From an uncultured Clostridia bacterium (GTDB taxonomy: Bacteria > Bacillota > Clostridia > Oscillospirales > CAG-272), in the NCBI GenBank assembly GCA_947630625.1, contig CANRIL010000001.1, positions 113,574 through 177,573 of the forward strand: a stretch of 64,000 nucleotides of DNA. The letters are read 5' to 3'. The notes under the pieces were generated by a model. It saw only the letters and a program-made list of their open reading frames with translations. It did no database searches and was not told where the DNA came from. Shown one piece after another: positions 18,846-28,004 of this stretch; within the stretch, counting starts at the first letter, position 1; the number at the start of each line of letters is the position of its first letter. The position numbers and the translations under genes are program-made.

Positions 18846-21800
18846 TTATTTCTTTACATCGTAAAACGTGACGACAGGGCTGCACATGACGCCCATGTCG
18901 CGGTATTTGTATTCATAGCACCAGCCTTCGCCCGTTGTGCGCCATTTGTCGGGGCCGTACCAGTCGTTGCCGTAGTCGGTCGCGTGCAGCGCGCCGAAGC
19001 TGTTGTGGCGCGTGCCGAGCAGCGTTACGCGGAGCGTGTGCTCGCCTTCGGGAAGCTCGCCGAAATCGGCGGTATACGGCTCATACGCGATGATGCGCTC
19101 GTCTCCCTCGTCAATTTTCACGGTGACGGCCGCGCCGCGGTATGCGTTTACGCGGACGACGCAGTTCCCGCCGGGCGAGGTGAACGGGAGCTCGTATGTA
19201 ATGTTGCCTGAGTAGAACGGCAGCCCCTGGCTTGTGACGGCGCCGAATCCGAGCGCGTCTTCTTTGGCGATTATGGTTTTTCTGCATCCGCGCACCTTCA
19301 CGCCGAAATCGCCGAGAACGTAACACCATTCAGTCGCCGTTCTGTCGCCGAGCGGCAGCGTCACATCTATGACGTTTTCGCCTTTGCGGATCGGCGGCAG
19401 GGAAACCGTTTTTATCGATTTGTCGGTGAAATAGCCGCGGGGCGTCACATCTACATCGGCTCCGTTGAATTTTATGACCGAAAACTCAGGATGTTCGATC
19501 GCAAACAGCGCGCCTTCATATTCTATCTCCGAATCAAACGTGAATCGCAGGTTGATTTTATGTTCAGGCGGCTTTTTAACGATAGTCCACGGCTGCGCCG
19601 GCCTTGGATTGCGGCGACCCATGCCGAGGGCGAGGCGGCAGATGTTGTCGGCACGCAAAATCTCTTCTTCAACAGGGGAAAGCTCGCCTTCATCGACTGA
19701 ATACCTCGCCGTGTCAAGCAGCAGGACGTTCGGCTCGGAAAGCGTATATGCGGCGGGTAGGCGGAAATCCGTCTGCGCCGTGACCTCATAGCGAGGACGG
19801 TCATTTGTGTCGACGGTGTTGATGTCGAGGCAGCGGTCGAGCCGCAGAAGCAGGGAATCCTGCGCGTAGATTATGCAGTTTATGTACGTTTTTCCGCCGG
19901 ATATGTGAAAATCGATGCTTTTTATCTCTCCGTTTACGGTGTCGTAAAGCACGGGGGAATATTCGTCCTCAAGCTTGATCGTTATGCGGCGCGGATGGGA
20001 AACGTCCGGGCAGACCGGCATTGAAATATGTGCGATGAAAAGCCAGTCGCAATCATTATCGCGGCGCATCTGATATATAAGGTCATTTGTTTCATTTCCG
20101 TTCGCCTCGGAAATGCTCAGCATCCGCACATCCGTAAGTGCGGAGAGAACAGCGGCGCGCGAGAACTGCACGCGGCGGCAGCGCAGGGAAAGCCGCTCAG
20201 GTTCGTCCGAACGCTTTGCGTCGACATATTTGGGCGGGTCACCCGCAAATATGATCTCGCCGCCCTTGTCGGCAAAATCAGAAAGTATTGAGAGCGTCGT
20301 GCCGCGTATCGTTTCGGGAGCCGGAACGACGACGACATCATACGTCATCTCGCCGACCCTGAGCCCCGCTTCCGTTTCTATGAACTGATCCGGCAGTGTG
20401 GACTCGCATATGAAATCAAAGTCGATGCTGCCGGTTAGCAGCCAGCGCGTGATATTTGCGAAATTTTCTTCAAGCTGAGATTTATAGCGCGAACAGAGAT
20501 CGTTCGGCCCGAAGCGCAGCCAATAGCTCTCGACGGGGTGAATTACGCCGACGCGAACGACAGGTTTGCCGCGTGTCATCGCGGTGTTGACGCGGGCGAA
20601 ATGGTCTTCAACGTATTTGTATTTATCGTACCACGGCGATTGATAATTGATCGAGGCGGGGTAATCGCGCTTTGCGTCGCCCTCCATTGATACCCACGAC
20701 AGATGGTGAACGCGCACGGTCACACCGAGCGCCGCCTGCCAGTCGCCCTGGAACTTGTGCCCTCTGAAATCGAAGTCCCAGTTCGTAACGCCGTAAAGCT
20801 CGCTCGTCATTCCTTCGCGGCCGTACTGATGAACGGCGGACTGCGCCTGCTTCGCCGTCGTCAGTTCAACTCTGTTGCAAAGCATATCTATGCCGGGCAG
20901 CTGCATGTTGCGGTATGAACGCATGGCGTCACCGACGGCGTGTGTCTGCGATTCGAGCGTAGGCTCTTCCATCAGGTGCCCGGTGAAAAGGATGCCGTTT
21001 TTTTCGCACCATTTGCCGCACCTGTCGTTATATCCGCGCGTGAACATCTCGGCGGCGCAGTCGTGGAAGTGATATCGCGCCTGCGACACCTCGCCGTTCG
21101 GGAGTTCGAGAATTAGGCAGGGAAGTTCATTTACAATGTCGTATCCGTAACGGTCAAGGAAAAATTCAGGTAAACGCGGCGTCCACGGGAAAACCGCGCG
21201 TGAACGCGCGTCCGGCTGACTGCGCGAAAGCGTCCTCTTTGAGGCGAACTGCGGCTCATCCGTGAAGATCGCGGGGATAAGACCGCCGAAGTCACTGCCG
21301 AATCTTTCACGGTATACATCGTATGTGAGCCTGATAAACGAGTCCGCCGCGTCGGGATCAAGCGTATCAATATATGCGGAATTGTTGTACCATTCGGAAA
21401 AGCCCTGGCAATATGAATTGAAATACCATCTGACAGCGCCCGCCGTCAAATCGTCCGTCGGTTCGACGCGCGTATATTTTTCCATCTCGCCGCGTTCGTT
21501 CGCTATAACATCAAATACGGCGACGATATACGGCGCGCCCTTGCTGACGGCTTCGTCAAAATCGAGCGCGCCGTCCGGAGCGTGGAGCTCGGCGGTCAGC
21601 GTGCGCTGGCGCAGCTCCGGATGATCTTTTGTGACTTTGCCGCCGCATGAACCGGACGGCCATCTGTCCTCATCGTAAAGCCACGCCTTCATGCCGAGTT
21701 CCCTTGCGCGTTCGACACAGGCGCCGACCAGGTTTAGGAAATCGTCGGACAAATACGGCGTTGCCATTCCCGTGCGCGAGTGCATGTGGAACCCGCCGAA

Positions 21801-21953
21801 TCCCATCTTAAAAAGGCAGTCTATCTGCCGCAAAAGCTCGTCCCGCTCGAGCTCGCAGTTCCAGCTCCAGAAAGGCGCGCCCCTGTATTCAGAGGTCGGA
21901 TCCCTGAAAAGCTCATCGTCAAGGCGATATTCCGTATTTTTTTTGTAAAGCAT
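18846..21953 (-). CDS. large glycoside hydrolase (GH106 alpha-L-rhamnosidase-like)
   Basis: PFWSWN, GFGGFHMH, WLYDEDRWPSG, IFTDEP, PGIDML, SELYG; start MLYKK at 21953 with SD GAGGTG. Confidence 0.75.
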   Translation of the reverse strand: MLYKKNTEYRLDDELFRDPTSEYRGAPFWSWNCELERDELLRQIDCLFKMGFGGFHMHSRTGMATPYLSDDFLNLVGACVERARELGMKAWLYDEDRWPSGSCGGKVTKDHPELRQRTLTAELHAPDGALDFDEAVSKGAPYIVAVFDVIANERGEMEKYTRVEPTDDLTAGAVRWYFNSYCQGFSEWYNNSAYIDTLDPDAADSFIRLTYDVYRERFGSDFGGLIPAIFTDEPQFASKRTLSRSQPDARSRAVFPWTPRLPEFFLDRYGYDIVNELPCLILELPNGEVSQARYHFHDCAAEMFTRGYNDRCGKWCEKNGILFTGHLMEEPTLESQTHAVGDAMRSYRNMQLPGIDMLCNRVELTTAKQAQSAVHQYGREGMTSELYGVTNWDFDFRGHKFQGDWQAALGVTVRVHHLSWVSMEGDAKRDYPASINYQSPWYDKYKYVEDHFARVNTAMTRGKPVVRVGVIHPVESYWLRFGPNDLCSRYKSQLEENFANITRWLLTGSIDFDFICESTLPDQFIETEAGLRVGEMTYDVVVVPAPETIRGTTLSILSDFADKGGEIIFAGDPPKYVDAKRSDEPERLSLRCRRVQFSRAAVLSALTDVRMLSISEANGNETNDLIYQMRRDNDCDWLFIAHISMPVCPDVSHPRRITIKLEDEYSPVLYDTVNGEIKSIDFHISGGKTYINCIIYAQDSLLLRLDRCLDINTVDTNDRPRYEVTAQTDFRLPAAYTLSEPNVLLLDTARYSVDEGELSPVEEEILRADNICRLALGMGRRNPRPAQPWTIVKKPPEHKINLRFTFDSEIEYEGALFAIEHPEFSVIKFNGADVDVTPRGYFTDKSIKTVSLPPIRKGENVIDVTLPLGDRTATEWCYVLGDFGVKVRGCRKTIIAKEDALGFGAVTSQGLPFYSGNITYELPFTSPGGNCVVRVNAYRGAAVTVKIDEGDERIIAYEPYTADFGELPEGEHTLRVTLLGTRHNSFGALHATDYGNDWYGPDKWRTTGEGWCYEYKYRDMGVMCSPVVTFYDVKK

Positions 21954-22099
21954 ATTACACCTCGAAAAAGCGTCTGATTTTTTTGATTTTGCGATAAAGA
22001 CCGATATGTTTTGTCCATTTCGGATTATATCAGATGAATGATAATAAGTAAAGAAAAACTTGTAATAAACACACTTGAAATTTTTCTGACAATTTCGTA

Positions 22100-22128
22100 T
22101 TGACAAGCGGGAAATAATGTGGTATTAT
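22100..22128 (+). promoter_or_regulatory. sigma-A promoter of the tRNA cluster
   Basis: TTGACA-N17-TATTAT with an AT-rich upstream region. Confidence 0.7.
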
Positions 22129-22156
22129 AATTGAGCGTTCAGAAAGCGCGGTACTT

Positions 22157-22228
22157 GCGGGTGTAGTACAATGGTTAGTACGCCAGCCTTCCAAGCTGGA
22201 TACGTGGGTTCGATTCCCATCACCCGCT
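22157..22228 (+). tRNA. tRNA-Gly(TCC)
   Basis: GCGGGTG/CACCCGC acceptor stem, CCAGC-CTTCCAA-GCTGG anticodon arm, GGTTCGATTCC; CCA not encoded. Confidence 0.96.
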
Positions 22229-22237
22229 TTTACAAAT

Positions 22238-22311
22238 GTACCTGTAGCTCAGCCGGATAGAGCAACTGCCTTCTAAGCAGTAGGTCGCGGGTTCGAGTCC
22301 CTCCAGGTACG
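22238..22311 (+). tRNA. tRNA-Arg(TCT)
   Basis: GTACCTG/CAGGTAC acceptor stem, CTGC-CTTCTAA-GCAG anticodon arm, GGTTCGAGTCC. Confidence 0.96.
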
Positions 22312-22318
22312 GTAATAC

Positions 22319-22393
22319 GGTGGGTGTAGCTCAGTTGGTTAGAGCGTCAGGTTGTGGCCCTGAAGGCCGTGGGTTCGAGTCCCATCATTCACC
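22319..22393 (+). tRNA. tRNA-His(GTG)
   Basis: Encoded G-1, anticodon loop TTGTGGC, GGTTCGAGTCC. Confidence 0.96.
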
Positions 22394-22398
22394 TTTTG

Positions 22399-22434
22399 AC
22401 CGTGTCGCCATTTAATAGGCGGTACGGTTTTTTT
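22399..22434 (+). terminator. terminator after the tRNA cluster
   Basis: ACCGTGTCGCC-loop-GGCGGTACGGT followed by a T-run. Confidence 0.75.
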
Positions 22435-22444
22435 GCCGTCACTA

Positions 22445-23221
22445 TTAAAAGGCGTGATTCTGCCTGAAAACTTCAAAGGCGATGATGGCGGCGGATGATT
22501 GTGCCGACAGCGCCGCTTTGAAATCACGGCCGTAGTCGATCCTGACCGTTTCGTCGACCTTCGCCATGAGATTTTTTGAAATTCCGCGCATCTCGCCGCC
22601 GACTATTATGAATATCGGAGCTTTCAGCGACACGCCGTACATCGAGACGGCGTTTTCCTTTGCCGCCGCAATTATCTTGTATCCGCGGGCTCTGAAAATA
22701 TCTATTGCCGCCGATGGGTCGGCTGAAAACATCGGCGCAAGCTCGGACGCGCCGGCGGACGAACGGCAGACGACGCCTGCAGCCGACATCCAGTTTCGCG
22801 GGGGAAGTACGATCCCGTTCGCGCCCGCGGCGTAAATAGAGCGCACGGCGGAGCCGAAATTATACGGGTCCTCGATCCCGTCAAGCATCATATAAAAGCC
22901 GTTGTCAACAATGTCGTCGTCGGTCAGCTCCGGCAGAGTGCGTTCACCGCACAGCGCCACAAATCCGCCGTGGCTCGTCCCGAGCGTCAGTTCAGCTATT
23001 CGGTCGGGATCGGCTTCAGTAAGCGTAAATCCGTGTTTGTCCTTTATTTTTTGCAGCCATGAAAGCTCGCGCGCGTATTTGTCCTTTCGAGATGCGTCAT
23101 ACAGTATCTCGTTTATGCGCCGCTCCGATATGCCTTCATCGCGGGATTTAATGATTGCTCGTATTGAGGTAAGTCCCTCAAATACGTTTGAGGGGAGATA
23201 TTTTTCGGCTTCGTTTTTCAT
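22445..23221 (-). CDS. TrmH/RlmB-family SPOUT RNA methyltransferase
   Basis: LDGIEDPYNFGSAVRS, IVGGEMRGIS, SLS-like ALSAQSSAAII. Confidence 0.88.
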   Translation of the reverse strand: MKNEAEKYLPSNVFEGLTSIRAIIKSRDEGISERRINEILYDASRKDKYARELSWLQKIKDKHGFTLTEADPDRIAELTLGTSHGGFVALCGERTLPELTDDDIVDNGFYMMLDGIEDPYNFGSAVRSIYAAGANGIVLPPRNWMSAAGVVCRSSAGASELAPMFSADPSAAIDIFRARGYKIIAAAKENAVSMYGVSLKAPIFIIVGGEMRGISKNLMAKVDETVRIDYGRDFKAALSAQSSAAIIAFEVFRQNHAF

Positions 23222-23249
23222 TTTTTATAAACCACATCTTTCATGAGTT

Positions 23250-23278
23250 TCATAATACCGCTCATTTCCTCATAGGAT
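23250..23278 (+). promoter_or_regulatory. probable sigma-E promoter of spoIIID
   Basis: TCATAA...CATAGGAT resembles the SigE consensus; spoIIID is a known SigE target. Confidence 0.55.
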
Positions 23279-23323
23279 TTACTAAACAATCCGCAAGCAA
23301 GGAAGAGAGGAAAAGCGGCAGCA

Positions 23324-23629
23324 GTGAAAGCAGTAAGGTCGAGGATAAACCTCGGAGGCAAAGACAGGGAAGAGTTGATAGGGGAATACATAATCGAGCA
23401 CGGTGCAACGGTCAGGGGCGCCGCCGCTTATTTCGGCATATCAAAGTCGACCGTACATAAAGATGTCTCGCTGCGTCTGCAGGAAACAGATTATGAGCTG
23501 TACCGCCGCGTCAAAGCCGTCCTTGACAGAAACAAGGCGGAGCGCCACATCAGAGGCGGCGAGGCGACAAAGCGCAAATACATGATAAAGCGCAGTCTCA
23601 GCGCAAAACCTGATTGTGCCGGATCGTAA
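23324..23629 (+). CDS. spoIIID: sporulation transcription regulator SpoIIID
   Basis: ATVR.AA..FGISKSTVHKDV..RL and NKAERHIRGGEATKRKY signatures. Confidence 0.95.
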   Translation: MKAVRSRINLGGKDREELIGEYIIEHGATVRGAAAYFGISKSTVHKDVSLRLQETDYELYRRVKAVLDRNKAERHIRGGEATKRKYMIKRSLSAKPDCAGS

Positions 23630-24302
23630 AATAACCGAATGTCGCAGGCTTAATTGTGCGATTTATCAGTTTTGTATAATAGTCGGGATTCCCGTATGGA
23701 CCGACGCCGAATTTCATGCCTGTGCCGAAAACTACTGTTTTGCCTTGCGTCAAAAGCTCGCTTGCAAGCGTGCGCACCGACGGCAGGTGTAGATTGCAGT
23801 AATTTATCTCGTAGACGGCACGCGGTATCTTATATAGCGATTGAGCGGCGCGATCGGGTATCCACAGCACCGCTTTTTCGGTTTCGGTGATTACAGGAAT
23901 AAATTTTAGGTCATAAATTATGCTGTGCAGTTCGGAGATGATCATGTCTGCGTCTTTCGTGGGCGGGACGGTGATGAAAATGTACTTTTCGCCGTTGCTG
24001 ACCGTCACAAGCCTTGAAAGTCCTCGCATTTTGGAGACGCCGGGAAAAAGCGGAACAACGGAAACAGCGCGTATCCGCGGTTTACATTTTATATTTTCGC
24101 GGAAAGTTCTTTCGAAAGTTCGCCGTGTGTCAAGATGTATCGGAACGGACAAGGACGGATCAAAAAAGAATGCGAAATAAATGAGCTTGACTGAGTTGCG
24201 TTCGTATGCGTCGATTATGCTGCGAAGCCTCAGGCGGTCATTTTCTTTATCGGGGTGAAGATATGTCCGCGCGAAATAATCATTCAGCGAAAATAAAGCC
24301 AT
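23598..24302 (-). CDS. degenerate CpsB/YwqE-like PHP-fold protein
   Basis: Order of segments KYIFITVP, FIPVITETEK, YEINYCNL, VVFGTG matches the CpsB layout, but the catalytic His/Asp residues are absent; SD GAGAGG before ATG 24302. Confidence 0.5.
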   Translation of the reverse strand: MALFSLNDYFARTYLHPDKENDRLRLRSIIDAYERNSVKLIYFAFFFDPSLSVPIHLDTRRTFERTFRENIKCKPRIRAVSVVPLFPGVSKMRGLSRLVTVSNGEKYIFITVPPTKDADMIISELHSIIYDLKFIPVITETEKAVLWIPDRAAQSLYKIPRAVYEINYCNLHLPSVRTLASELLTQGKTVVFGTGMKFGVGPYGNPDYYTKLINRTIKPATFGYFTIRHNQVLR

Positions 24303-24513
24303 GAACAGCTGCCTCTCGAAAAGACGATTTTGACTGTACCAAAACATTTAACTTATTATAACACAAATTTGGCCATAACGATATTGCAAATTCAAATAAA
24401 GTGGGATATAATTTGAATGTGATAAATCAACAAACTCGCGGCCGTTTTATCGGTGCTGTTTCGCATGCGGAATACGGGGGAAGACCTCGCGTTATTGGAT
24501 TTGCGGAATCAGC

Positions 24514-24543
24514 AATTATACAAAATGCAAATTTTGTATAATT
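24514..24543. promoter_or_regulatory. perfect 13-bp inverted repeat over the coaX -10 (candidate operator)
   Basis: AATTATACAAAAT-GCAA-ATTTTGTATAATT. Confidence 0.6.
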
Positions 24544-24572
24544 CAGAGAAGTGATTTTAGGTGGGGGATCGT

Positions 24573-25391
24573 ATGCTGCTTGCTATTGATATCGGCAACA
24601 CGAGCGTCGCGTTCGGGCTTTTTGATATGCAGGCCGACGCCAATATGGATGCGCCGCTGGAGCCGGTCGTTCTTTCGCGCGTCGCTGTTCGGAAAAACGC
24701 GAGCGCCGATGAATACGCTGTCATGATGCGTGAGATCCTTCGGCTTCGTCTCGGCGTGAATGAACCTGAGATCGACTCAGCCGCGATCTCCTCAGTCGTC
24801 CCAAGCACGTCGCTCGCCGTATCCGAGGCTGCCGTGATCTTATCAGGCAAAAAACCGTACATGATCGGTCCCGGCGTTCGCACGGGCTTCCGTATCGGTA
24901 TTTATGATCCTGCGTGCCTCGGAGCCGACATCGTATCAAACGCGGCAGCATCACTTGATCTGTGTCAGCCTCCGCTCGTCATATTTGACGCCGGTACGGC
25001 AAACACTATCACTGTCATCGACAGTGACCGCACATTGACCGGAACGGTCATTTCGCCCGGTCTGCGTATCTCGGCGGCAGCCTTATCTGAGCACGCTGAG
25101 CTGCTCGATTCTGTGCCGCTCGGCGGCGGCAAGCTGCCTATGATCGGCCGTGACACCGAGGAATCTGTCAGAGCCGGGCTCATATATGGAAATTCCATGA
25201 TGCTCGACGGCTTTGTCCGCAGTATTCGCGAGAGTCTTTCATCGAAGGACAAGCCTCAAACGCTCAGTCTTATCGCGACCGGTGAATTCGCGCCGGTCAT
25301 AATCGAGCATTGTAGAAATAAATTTACATTTGATGAGGCGCTTACACTCAAGGGTGTCGCATCACTTTACAGACGAAATCGCCTCTCATAA
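24573..25391 (+). CDS. coaX: type III pantothenate kinase
   Basis: LAIDIGNT, ISSVVP, LGADI, DAGTANT, ATG..A, LTLKG. Confidence 0.92.
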   Translation: MLLAIDIGNTSVAFGLFDMQADANMDAPLEPVVLSRVAVRKNASADEYAVMMREILRLRLGVNEPEIDSAAISSVVPSTSLAVSEAAVILSGKKPYMIGPGVRTGFRIGIYDPACLGADIVSNAAASLDLCQPPLVIFDAGTANTITVIDSDRTLTGTVISPGLRISAAALSEHAELLDSVPLGGGKLPMIGRDTEESVRAGLIYGNSMMLDGFVRSIRESLSSKDKPQTLSLIATGEFAPVIIEHCRNKFTFDEALTLKGVASLYRRNRLS

Positions 25392-25493
25392 AGATTTTGT
25401 ATAATTCCGGCTACGGCCGTAATTATAAATTAAACTGCGCCACACCGCTGTATTCGCGGGCGGCAGCACGGGTTTGAGTCCCGGAGGTGTAAA

Positions 25494-26090
25494 ATGAATA
25501 CAGTAACGAAAAACCATGAGCGCACTCGCAAGCTCGTGGGAACCGCCATCCTGACTGCCATCGTAGTCATACTTCAGTTTATAAGTCTGAATCTGCGATT
25601 CACAGCATTCTCGATCACGCTTGTACTTATGCCGGTCGTCCTTGGCGCCGCGCTTTACGGCGTTGCGACTGGTGCGTGGCTCGGATTTGTCTTCGGCGTT
25701 GTCGTCCTTGCCACCGGCGACGCGGCTGCTTTTCTCGCGGTCAGCATTCCTGCGACGGTTGCGGTCGTTCTCGCCAAAGGAACGCTTGCCGGGCTTGTAT
25801 CCGGTGCGGCTTATAAGCTGCTTGAACGCTTCAACAGATACGCGGCGGTCATCACGGCGTCGGTGCTCTCCCCTGTCACAAACACCGGTGTTTTCCTTAT
25901 AGGCTGCCGGCTGTTCTTCTGGGATACGATCAAGTCCTGGGCATCTGATAATGGTCAGAGCGTGGTTGTGTATGTCATTCTGGGGCTGGTCGGGATAAAT
26001 TTTATAATCGAACTTGCGATCAACCTGATTTTAGACCCCGCCATCGTCCGCCTTATAGATATTGTCAAGAAGCCTAAAGCAGCCGATTGA
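25494..26090 (+). CDS. ECF transporter S component, probably PanT-like (pantothenate)
   Basis: About six TM helices, PVVLGA..YG...GAWLG, NTGVFL, NFIIE; adjacent to coaX. Confidence 0.8.
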   Translation: MNTVTKNHERTRKLVGTAILTAIVVILQFISLNLRFTAFSITLVLMPVVLGAALYGVATGAWLGFVFGVVVLATGDAAAFLAVSIPATVAVVLAKGTLAGLVSGAAYKLLERFNRYAAVITASVLSPVTNTGVFLIGCRLFFWDTIKSWASDNGQSVVVYVILGLVGINFIIELAINLILDPAIVRLIDIVKKPKAAD

Positions 26091-26110
26091 TCGAATATCG
26101 CTCACATTAT

Positions 26111-26151
26111 GGGAACCGCGATCTTGTTTTCGCGGTTCCCGATGTTTTTTT
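26111..26151 (+). terminator. intrinsic terminator
   Basis: GGGAACCGCGA-loop-TCGCGGTTCCC followed by GATGTTTTTTT. Confidence 0.75.
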
Positions 26152-26293
26152 GCTTAAAAAAATTTTAAAAAAATTTTGAAAACAGTTCAATTTGCTGCAA
26201 AACTATGGTATAATGTTGATATGGCGTAGCTGCGAGCCTTTCGCATTGGACTCGTCACGCCGAAATAATTACTTATTCGGAGGAATATTCCAC

Positions 26294-26725
26294 ATGAAAA
26301 TGCGTGTTCTTTATTCATCGGGCAACAAGAAGGTCGTTGCTTACGCCACAGCTCTCGGTGAGGCTCAGGACGATCAGAGATCGGCTGCCGATACGATTCC
26401 GCCCGCCTATTCCTGCGACCGTGAACGTCTCGTCGTTCTCGTGCTCTCGGTAGGCGCAAAGCTTGAGGACAAGGTTCGCCTCTTCATCGGTGAGCTTACG
26501 CCCGCAAGAGCGCAGAACGTCGCCTTCGTTTTTGAAAGCAAGGACAAGACAAGGACTCCGGCGATGGATCAGGCGATCGACATTATAAGACAGGCAGGCG
26601 CTAACGTTTTGGTAGACAATATTTATTATGTTGCCGGCGGCGGGCTCTTCTCTTCAAAGCTCTCCGTTGAGGAGCGCCGCGATATCGTTGAGTGGTGTGA
26701 AGGAATAAAGGCTTCGTTAAAGTAA
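26294..26725 (+). CDS. flavodoxin-like-fold hypothetical protein
   Basis: MRVLYSS N-terminal beta-strand and alpha/beta pattern ending IVEW; SD GGAGGA; TGnTATAAT at 26206-26214. Confidence 0.6.
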   Translation: MKMRVLYSSGNKKVVAYATALGEAQDDQRSAADTIPPAYSCDRERLVVLVLSVGAKLEDKVRLFIGELTPARAQNVAFVFESKDKTRTPAMDQAIDIIRQAGANVLVDNIYYVAGGGLFSSKLSVEERRDIVEWCEGIKASLK

Positions 26726-26737
26726 GTTCGACAAAAA

Positions 26738-27175
26738 TTGAAGAAGCTTTTTATCTACACAGACGGTTCCTGCAAAAAAAATCCCGGTCCCGGAGGCTGG
26801 TGCGCCATACTTGTATACGGGAAAACCGAAAAGGTCATCTCCGGCGGCGAGGCTGACACGACGAACAACCGCATGGAACTCATGGCCGTTATAAAGGCTT
26901 TGGAGGCTCTGAAAGAGCCGTGCGACATTGAACTTGTTTCGGATTCACAGTATGTCATAAACGGACTCTCAAAGGGCTGGGCGGCGTCGTGGAAGCGCAG
27001 AGGATGGAAAAAGTCGGACGGCTCGCCCGCGCTTAATCCTGACTTGTGGGAAAGGCTACTTGAGCTTATCAGTGTCCACGAGATCAAATACGTCTGGACA
27101 AAAGGCCACGACGGACATGAATATAATGAACGCTGTGATTCGATCGCGCAGAGCGAGGCTGACAAATATAAATAA
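26738..27175 (+). CDS. rnhA: ribonuclease HI
   Basis: [41 protein letters not shown]. Confidence 0.96.
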   Translation: MKKLFIYTDGSCKKNPGPGGWCAILVYGKTEKVISGGEADTTNNRMELMAVIKALEALKEPCDIELVSDSQYVINGLSKGWAASWKRRGWKKSDGSPALNPDLWERLLELISVHEIKYVWTKGHDGHEYNERCDSIAQSEADKYK

Positions 27176-27223
27176 AAATCAGAGGAATTGCCGATAAAAA
27201 CGGCTTTTCCTCTGTTTTTCGAT

Positions 27224-28000
27224 TTATAACGCCTTTGTGGCATCGCTGTTATAATAATAGTATTCGATCCCGCAAAACCGGCTCGATATCAGCTTTTCAA
27301 GCGAATGAAGAACGGGCGCTTCCGTGTTGTAATGACCGGCTTCGATCACGTTGATGCCGTACCCGGCGGCGTCTATGTCGAGGTTGTAACCGCATCTGCC
27401 TGTAACGAATGTGTCAGCGCCTGCACTGATAGCGTTCATCAGGTAGTCCTTCCCGTCGCCGCCGAGAAGCGCGACTTTGCTGACCGCTCTCCCAGAGTCA
27501 ACAGTGATCAGCATGTCGGCGCTGAGCGCAGCTTTTACTTTTGAGCAGAATTCGGAGAATGAAAGCGGTGCGCACAGCTTTCCGATCCTTCCGATCTGTT
27601 CTCCGTCAGGTCCGAATGGCTCAGATTTTTCTATTCCAAGCAGACCCGCGAGCGTGTCATTGACGCCGACTTCAGGCAGTGCATCAAGCCGTGTGTGATA
27701 CGAAAGGACGTTTTGCCCATGCGTTACGGCGTAAATCGCCGCGCGGGATGATGGTGTACCTTCCGAGAGCGAGCGGAGCGGTCTGAATATAAGTGGATGG
27801 TGCGAGATGACCGTATCACAGCCTACCTCGTTTGCAAATTGAAGAGCGCCGACGGTCACGTCGAGCGTAAAAAGAATTTTTTTGACGTTTGCCCCGCTGT
27901 CGGCGCACACCATGACCCCGTCGTTGTCCCAATCACATGAGAGCGAACGCGGTATCATTTCGTCAAGATACGATATAAGCTCACCGATTTTAATTTCCAT
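27224..28000 (-). CDS. Nif3-like dinuclear metal centre protein
   Basis: WDNDG, ISHHPLIF, YHTRLD, GHYNTE. Confidence 0.9.
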   Translation of the reverse strand: MEIKIGELISYLDEMIPRSLSCDWDNDGVMVCADSGANVKKILFTLDVTVGALQFANEVGCDTVISHHPLIFRPLRSLSEGTPSSRAAIYAVTHGQNVLSYHTRLDALPEVGVNDTLAGLLGIEKSEPFGPDGEQIGRIGKLCAPLSFSEFCSKVKAALSADMLITVDSGRAVSKVALLGGDGKDYLMNAISAGADTFVTGRCGYNLDIDAAGYGINVIEAGHYNTEAPVLHSLEKLISSRFCGIEYYYYNSDATKAL

Positions 28001-28004
28001 TTTA

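Noticed and set aside
22157-22440. Genomic island integrated at the tRNA cluster
   Set aside because: No integrase and no duplicated tRNA 3' end noticed; flanking genes look like core genome
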